From the NCBI GenBank assembly GCA_035502455.1, contig DATJUI010000011.1:15951-79950 (forward strand): a stretch of 64,000 bases of DNA, given 5' to 3'. The notes beneath the pieces are model-generated. The model was not told where the DNA came from. It did no database searches and was given only the letters and a program-made list of their open reading frames with translations. Within the stretch, counting starts at the first letter, position 1; the number at the start of each line of letters is the position of its first letter. Shown piece after piece: positions 58,756 through 64,000 of the stretch. The translations under genes were made by a program, and so were the position numbers. The stretch comes from Thermoplasmata archaeon (lineage in GTDB: Archaea; Thermoplasmatota; Thermoplasmata; Lutacidiplasmatales; UBA184).

Positions 58756-60161
58756 TTTCGTTCCTCGTTCAAGAGCTCCTCGACGAGCTCGACCGACCGG
58801 CCGAGCGAGGAGAGGGAAGCGGCGTGGGCGGCCGCCCGCGCCCGCGCGCGGTCGAACTGGACCGCGAGCGCCGACGGTGACGGGCCGCCCGGGGATACCC
58901 GCCGGGCGAGCGCCTGACGCGGCGGGGGCACGGGGCTGCCGTCCGGCAGGGCCGACGCGGCCGCGCCCGGCGACTGCTGCCGGTACCACGCCCCGACGGT
59001 CTCGTGGGCCTCGCGGAACGGTATCCCCCGCGCCACGAGGGTCTCCGCGAGGTCCGTCGCGATCAGTTCGGGGTCCCGCGACGCGTCGGCGAGGCGTTCC
59101 CGGTCGAACGTGAGTCCCGCCACGAGCGCGCGCAGCGCCTCGAGGACCCCGGTGGCCGTGGCGACCGCGTCCAGCACGGGGGGCTTGTCCTCCTGGAGGT
59201 CACGATCGTAGGCGAGGGGCAGGCCCTTCAGTACGGTCAACAGCGCGACGAGGTCGCCGATCGTGCGACCGGCCTTCCCGCGGACGAGCTCGGCGGCATC
59301 GGGGTTGCGCTTCTGGGGCATGAGGCTGCTGCCCGAGCCGAGCGCGGGCGAGCGGTCCACGAACCCGAACTCGCGCGACGCGAAGACGACGATCTCCTCG
59401 CCGAGCGCGCTCGCGTGCACGCCGAGCAGCGCGAGATCGAACAGGAGCTCCGCGAACGGGTCCCGGTCGCTGACGGCATCGACCGAGTTCTCGAACGTGC
59501 GATCGAACCCGAGCCGCGCGGCGACCCGGGACGGATCGATCGGCAGGGTGGAGCCGGCGAGGGCCCCCGCCCCGAGCGGGGAGACGCGCGCGCGCCGCTC
59601 GGTCGCGAACAGCCGCTCGACGTCGCGATCGAACCGCCAGAAGTGCGCGAGGAGCGCATGGCCGACCGTGATGAGCTGGGCGCGCTGGAGATGGGTGTAG
59701 CCCGGCATCGGCGTGTCGGCCTCGGACGCCGCGCGCGCGAGCAGGGTCTCCTCGAGCGCCAGGAGACGTCCCACGAGGTCGTGCACGGCCGCCCGCAGGT
59801 AGAGCCGCTCGTCCAGCGCGACCTGGTCGTTCCGGCTCCGGCCGGTGTGGAGCTTCCCGGCGACCGGGCCGACGAGCTCTCCCAACCGGACCTCGACGTT
59901 GGTGTGGACGTCCTCGAGCTCGGCCCGCCACGGAAAGCGACCGTCCGCCATCTCCCCGGCGATCGCGCGGAGCCCTCCGACGAGGGTCGTCGACTCCGCC
60001 TCGGAGAGCAACCCGACGGCGGCGAGCATCTCGGCGTGCGCGAGGCTGCCCGCGACGTCGTACCGCGCGAGCGAGCGGTCGACCTCGAGGGACCCCAGGA
60101 ACCCTGCGGTCGGCGTGCGCACGTACGACGGGGCCGGCCCTCGTTCCTCCATCGAGATCAC
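58752..60161 (-). CDS. argH: Argininosuccinate lyase
   Basis: EDVH, HTGRSRNDQV, MPGYTHLQ, GSSLMPQKRNPD, YDRDLQEDK; alternative start 60152. Confidence 0.95.
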   Translation of the reverse strand: MISMEERGPAPSYVRTPTAGFLGSLEVDRSLARYDVAGSLAHAEMLAAVGLLSEAESTTLVGGLRAIAGEMADGRFPWRAELEDVHTNVEVRLGELVGPVAGKLHTGRSRNDQVALDERLYLRAAVHDLVGRLLALEETLLARAASEADTPMPGYTHLQRAQLITVGHALLAHFWRFDRDVERLFATERRARVSPLGAGALAGSTLPIDPSRVAARLGFDRTFENSVDAVSDRDPFAELLFDLALLGVHASALGEEIVVFASREFGFVDRSPALGSGSSLMPQKRNPDAAELVRGKAGRTIGDLVALLTVLKGLPLAYDRDLQEDKPPVLDAVATATGVLEALRALVAGLTFDRERLADASRDPELIATDLAETLVARGIPFREAHETVGAWYRQQSPGAAASALPDGSPVPPPRQALARRVSPGGPSPSALAVQFDRARARAAAHAASLSSLGRSVELVEELLNEERK

Positions 60162-60174
60162 GGTCGTGGCGGGC

Positions 60175-61407
60175 CTACGGGCGGAACTTGGTCGCCCGCG
60201 CCGCGATCGAGGTCGGCTGCGAGCCGATGGCGGTCCAGGTCCGTGCGGGCAGTCCCCAGACGTAGATGAACCCCTCCGACATCTCCTGCCGGAAGCGGTC
60301 GCCGGACGAGTACGTCGCGAGCGTCTGCTGGTACAGGGAGTACGGCGAGCGCCGGCCCGTCACGTGGGCCGAGCCCTTGTACAACTTCACGGTCACCTCG
60401 CCCGTCACGCGCTCCTGCGTCGCCCGCACGAACGCGTCGAGGGCGCCGCGGAGCGGTGCGAACCAGAGCCCGTCGTAGATCAGCTGGGAGTACCGCTGTT
60501 CGACCCCCCGCTTGAAGTCGAGGACGTCCCGGGGGCTCACCAGCGACTCGAGCGCCTGGTGCGCTCCGATCAGCACGACGGCGGCCGGGCATTCGTAGAC
60601 CTCGCGCGATTTGATGCCGACGACCCGGGACTCGACGTGGTCGATCCGACCGACGCCGTTGCGTCCGGCGACCTCGTTGAGGGCCAGGATCAGCTCGTGG
60701 AGCGGCAGGCGTCGCCCGTCGAGCGCGGTCGGGAGGCCTTGCTCGAAGGTGATCGTGACGTTCGTCGGGGTCTCGGGCGCCTCCACAGGGGACCGCGTCC
60801 AGCCGTAGACGTCTTCCGGTGGTTCGATCGCCGGATCCTCGAGGATGCCGCACTCGACCGAGCGGCCCCAGAGGTTCTCGTCCGTGCTGTACGGAGAGCT
60901 CTGGGTCGCATCGACGGGGATCCCGTGCGCCTGCGCGAACGCGATCTCCTCCTCCCGGGTCATCTTCCACTCCCGGGCCGGGGCGATCACCTCGAGCTCG
61001 GGGGCGAGGCTCGTCGTCGAGAGGTCGAACCGCACCTGGTCGTTCCCCTTGCCGGTGCAGCCGTGGGCGACGTACTCCGCCCCCTCGCGGCGGGCGACCT
61101 CCACGAGGTGGCGGGCGATCAGCGGCCGGGCGAGGGCCGTGCTCAACGGATAGACGCCCTCGTAGAGAGCGTTCGCGCGCAGCGACGGTCCGAGGAACTC
61201 CTCGGCGAACTCGCGTCGGGCATCGGCGACGTACGCCTTCACGGCACCGGACGCCTCCGCCTTCCGGCGGACCGACTCGAGGTCGACGGGTTGACCGACA
61301 TCGACGGTCACGGCGACCACATCCATCCCCTTCTCGGTCAGCCACGGGATCGCCACGGACGTATCGAGCCCGCCGGAATAGGCGAGCACCACCTTCGGTC
61401 GCGTCAT
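60175..61407 (-). CDS. argG: Argininosuccinate synthase
   Basis: LAYSGGLDTS, HGCTGKGNDQVRF, YSTDENLWG, GIKSREVYE. Confidence 0.97.
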   Translation of the reverse strand: MTRPKVVLAYSGGLDTSVAIPWLTEKGMDVVAVTVDVGQPVDLESVRRKAEASGAVKAYVADARREFAEEFLGPSLRANALYEGVYPLSTALARPLIARHLVEVARREGAEYVAHGCTGKGNDQVRFDLSTTSLAPELEVIAPAREWKMTREEEIAFAQAHGIPVDATQSSPYSTDENLWGRSVECGILEDPAIEPPEDVYGWTRSPVEAPETPTNVTITFEQGLPTALDGRRLPLHELILALNEVAGRNGVGRIDHVESRVVGIKSREVYECPAAVVLIGAHQALESLVSPRDVLDFKRGVEQRYSQLIYDGLWFAPLRGALDAFVRATQERVTGEVTVKLYKGSAHVTGRRSPYSLYQQTLATYSSGDRFRQEMSEGFIYVWGLPARTWTAIGSQPTSIAARATKFRP

Positions 61408-61446
61408 CGGGGTCGGTCGGTAGGACGCACCACGCGCCCCGGCGGA

Positions 61447-61503
61447 TTTATAGGCCGCGGCCGCGTGGCGACACTCTAGGGCAAAAGTGTCCGAGGCTGG
61501 ACA
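61447..61503. promoter_or_regulatory. Divergent argG / ACT-regulator promoter with inverted repeats
   Basis: TTTATA box at 61447-61452; GACACT-N10-AGTGTC (61470-61491); TGTCC-N6-GGACA (61488-61503). Confidence 0.55.
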
Positions 61504-61506
61504 TAC

Positions 61507-62157
61507 GTGACCGATGACACCGGTTCGATCGCCCGCCAGGTCCGGGACTACCTGGACGGGCACCCGGTGCTCGCGGACTCGATCCGCCTCGGCGTCGCCA
61601 ACTACTCGGCGATCGCCCGCCGGATCGCCGACGACCTCGAGCTGCGGCACCTCGAAGCGGTGATCGCGGCCTGCCGGCGGTATCCCCGCGGTCGGGCGGA
61701 AGCGACGCGCGAGGCCGGGGTCCGGCGGGTCCTCAAGAAGAGCCGGATCGAGACCCGGACCAAGGTCGCCGCGATCACCGTGAGCCAGGGCCCGGACGTC
61801 CTGCAGCGGCTCGGGGACGTCGTCGAGGAGCTGCTCGACGAGAACTCGCTCTGCCGCGTGATCCAGGTCTCGCGCGGGGTCGTCGTGATCGTTGACGAGG
61901 ATTCGGTCGCCCGCGTCCTGCGCCAGCTGCGCGAGAGCCAGGTCATCGGGGTGCGAAAGAACCTGACCGAGCTCGCGGTCACCAGTCCCGAGAGCATCGA
62001 GGAGACTCCCGGACTCCTCACGCTCCTCACGGGGGTCCTATCGGCGCGCGGAATCAACATCGTAGAGGCGCTGAGCTGCTTCACCGACACGATCTTCCTG
62101 CTCGACGGCCAGGACCTCAATCCGGCGCTCGTCGTGCTCTCGAAGGCGATCGAATAG
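61507..62157 (+). CDS. Archaeal ACT-domain protein, putative amino acid-responsive regulator
   Basis: N-terminal helical GVANYSAIAR..A.RRY domain; C-terminal ACT (SPESIEETPG..GINIVE..SC.TD). Confidence 0.82.
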   Translation: MTDDTGSIARQVRDYLDGHPVLADSIRLGVANYSAIARRIADDLELRHLEAVIAACRRYPRGRAEATREAGVRRVLKKSRIETRTKVAAITVSQGPDVLQRLGDVVEELLDENSLCRVIQVSRGVVVIVDEDSVARVLRQLRESQVIGVRKNLTELAVTSPESIEETPGLLTLLTGVLSARGINIVEALSCFTDTIFLLDGQDLNPALVVLSKAIE

Positions 62158-62184
62158 CGACCGGCGGCGCCGAATGCCGTAGCG

Positions 62185-62220
62185 GTGTTACGTTTTCTGG
62201 ATACGACATAAGTCTTAAGT
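62185..62220 (+). promoter_or_regulatory. AT-rich promoter of the nickel transporter with possible NikR site
   Basis: GTGTTAC...ATACGACAT weak dyad followed by CTTAAG box about 25 nt before GTG 62242. Confidence 0.3.
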
Positions 62221-62241
62221 GCCGGAAGTCGTCGCCGAGGC

Positions 62242-63399
62242 GTGGCCTCGCCGCAGACGATCCCCGAGCCGAGGGGCACACGGGAGCAGTGGGTGATGGG
62301 CCCGAGCGAGCGCCGCGGGGCCGCCCTCATCTATGTCGCCATCGTCGGGGCGACCGCCCTCGGGCTCGCGGCGACCTTCCTCATCGGGCAGACCTACGGG
62401 ATCTTCATCGGGCTCGGGATCCTCTGCTACACGCTCGGGCTCCGTCACGGCGTGGACGCGGACCACATCTGCGCGATCGACAATACCACGCGCAAACTGC
62501 TCCAGCAGGGGCAGAAACCCTATACCGTCGGTACTTGGTTCTCGCTCGGGCACTCGACGATCGTCGTCGGCTTCCTGTTCGGGCTCGTCCTGGCCGCCCG
62601 GTTCATCCTGAGCTCCTACCAGGCGTTCGCCAATGTCGGCGCCGTGCTCGGCACCGCCATCTCGGGCGGGTTCCTCTACCTCATCGCGTTCATTAATCTC
62701 CTGATCTTCTGGGAGGTCTACCAGATCTTCCTGCAACTGCGGGCGGGCAGGATGAACAACGCCCAGCTCGAGGCCCGGTTGGAGAAGCGCGGTTTCATGA
62801 ACCGCTACTTCAACTGGATCTTCAAGTTCGTGAACAAGCCCTGGCAGATCTACCCGGTCGGCGTCCTCTTCGGCCTCGGGTTCGACACGGCGACCGAGAC
62901 GCTGCTGATCGCGATCACCCTGACCGTCGGGACGGCCGCGGTAGGTTTCCCGCTGTGGATGGTCCTCGTCCTGCCGTTCATGTTCACGTGCGGGATGGTG
63001 CTCACCGACACCTCCGACGGGATCAGCATGCGGTACGCGTACGGCTGGGCCTTCGCAAAGCCGATCCGGAAGGTCTACTACAATCTCACGATGACGCTCA
63101 TTTCCGTCCTGGTGGCGTTCGTCATCGGCACGATCGAGGTCCTCGGGGTGCTCGCCTCCGAGTTCGGTCTCTCGGGCGGACCGTTCGGCTTCTGGAACAC
63201 GATGAACTGGCTCAACAACGCGGCCGGCCCGTATGGGATCGATGTCTGGGGGTACGTGGGGATCGGGATCGTCCTGCTGTTCATCGGTTGCTGGCTCGTG
63301 GCGATGCTGATCTATCGGCTAAAGCACTACGAGGAGATCGGCTTCAGTCCCCCGATCGACGACCGCGGGACCGGCGGGGGCTCCGGGCTCACCGGTTGA
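62242..63399 (+). CDS. HoxN/NixA (NiCoT) high-affinity nickel/cobalt transporter
   Basis: GLRHGVDADHI..IDN.TRKL, FSLGHS, LFGLGFDTATE. Confidence 0.95.
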   Translation: MASPQTIPEPRGTREQWVMGPSERRGAALIYVAIVGATALGLAATFLIGQTYGIFIGLGILCYTLGLRHGVDADHICAIDNTTRKLLQQGQKPYTVGTWFSLGHSTIVVGFLFGLVLAARFILSSYQAFANVGAVLGTAISGGFLYLIAFINLLIFWEVYQIFLQLRAGRMNNAQLEARLEKRGFMNRYFNWIFKFVNKPWQIYPVGVLFGLGFDTATETLLIAITLTVGTAAVGFPLWMVLVLPFMFTCGMVLTDTSDGISMRYAYGWAFAKPIRKVYYNLTMTLISVLVAFVIGTIEVLGVLASEFGLSGGPFGFWNTMNWLNNAAGPYGIDVWGYVGIGIVLLFIGCWLVAMLIYRLKHYEEIGFSPPIDDRGTGGGSGLTG

Positions 63400-63454
63400 T
63401 ACCGGCGGGCACGGGTGGGAAAGCCGTCTTACCTTCACCGGCCGTGCGGGCGCG

Positions 63455-63913
63455 ATGCCGTCGAAGGTCGTCCGGACCGGGGTGTCGCTCGAGCCCGACG
63501 TACTGGCGGCGCTCGATCGCTGGGCCCACGAGCGGAACTCGCCGAGCCGCTCGGAGGCGATCCGCTTCCTCGTGCGGAAGGAGCTATCCGAAGCGGAGCT
63601 GCGCGATCCGCACGCGGACGCGGTAGGCACGGTGATGGTCCTCTACGACCACCGCGCTCCGAACGTTCAGCGTCGGTTGACGGCCGCGCAGCACCGCTGG
63701 CGCGACCACATCCGGTCGACCAGTCATGTCCATCTCGAAGGCGAGGTATGCCTCGAGGTCGTCGTACTGGTCGGTCAGCGCGCCGAGGTCGCGCGGGCCG
63801 CGGAGGACCTGCGGGGCGTCAAGGGCGTCAACCAGGGAGATTTCGTGCTCGCGGACCCGAGGGTCGCGGGGGGTTCGACCGGACACCGCCACCCCCACGC
63901 GGGGCACCGCTAA
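63455..63913 (+). CDS. nikR: Nickel-responsive regulator
   Basis: RTGVSL RHH N-terminus, SRSEAIR.LVR, YDH, QH, HVHL..CLE Ni ligands. Confidence 0.93.
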   Translation: MPSKVVRTGVSLEPDVLAALDRWAHERNSPSRSEAIRFLVRKELSEAELRDPHADAVGTVMVLYDHRAPNVQRRLTAAQHRWRDHIRSTSHVHLEGEVCLEVVVLVGQRAEVARAAEDLRGVKGVNQGDFVLADPRVAGGSTGHRHPHAGHR

Positions 63914-64000
63914 ACGAGCGGGGGCGCTCGGGCCGAGCGTGGAGACGCGTCGCCCGCGGGGCCCTGCCCGGTGGGCGACCCAGCCCCCGGCCGAGGCGCT

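Noticed and set aside
1..64000. Numerous long overlapping ORFs in the six-frame track (e.g. 471..2357 +, 3076..5490 -, 18258..20624 -, 41013..43592 -)
   Set aside because: Arg/Gly/Pro-rich shadow frames of real genes, expected from stop-codon scarcity at very high GC; no motifs recognised
1..64000. CRISPR array, rRNA, transposase, selenocysteine/pyrrolysine readthrough
   Set aside because: No regularly spaced repeats, rRNA motifs, DDE/HUH ORFs or in-frame stops splitting recognisable genes were seen

Overview
Very GC-rich archaeal chromosomal window, most consistent with a Thermoplasmata genome. Lineage markers are thermosome, Rpo4, L21e, Pus10, aIF2-beta-TRAM, XerA, presenilin-like protease, DUF6015, LysW pathway and TATA-type promoters; the exact lineage cannot be fixed from sequence alone. 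About 60 CDS and one tRNA-Lys(CTT) are supported. Housekeeping blocks are metG, thyX, xerA, ttuA-like, pus10-rpl21e-rpo4-DUF655-rsmA, thermosome, class II lysS, bacterial-type valS, aIF2b and dhs. Metabolic blocks are an aldehyde dehydrogenase with glycerate kinase, a hydroxyproline epimerase/deaminase pair, an arginine deiminase operon, a LysW-type argGH-lysWXYZJK operon and NiCoT-nikR. An accessory stretch follows the tRNA. The best candidates for undescribed biology are: (1) a wHTH-STAND ATPase-TPR regulator divergent from a large beta-propeller surface glycoprotein with a 21-proline cytoplasmic tail, with a tandem 10-bp repeat between them; (2) a ~155-nt strongly base-paired element facing a small ribbon-helix-helix gene; (3) a ubiquitin-like (GG) protein paired with a BNR beta-propeller; (4) an arginine synthesis/degradation super-cluster containing a PAS two-component system and an ACT regulator with a candidate operator. 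No CRISPR array, rRNA or transposase was seen. All family assignments are from motif recognition by eye, not database searches.
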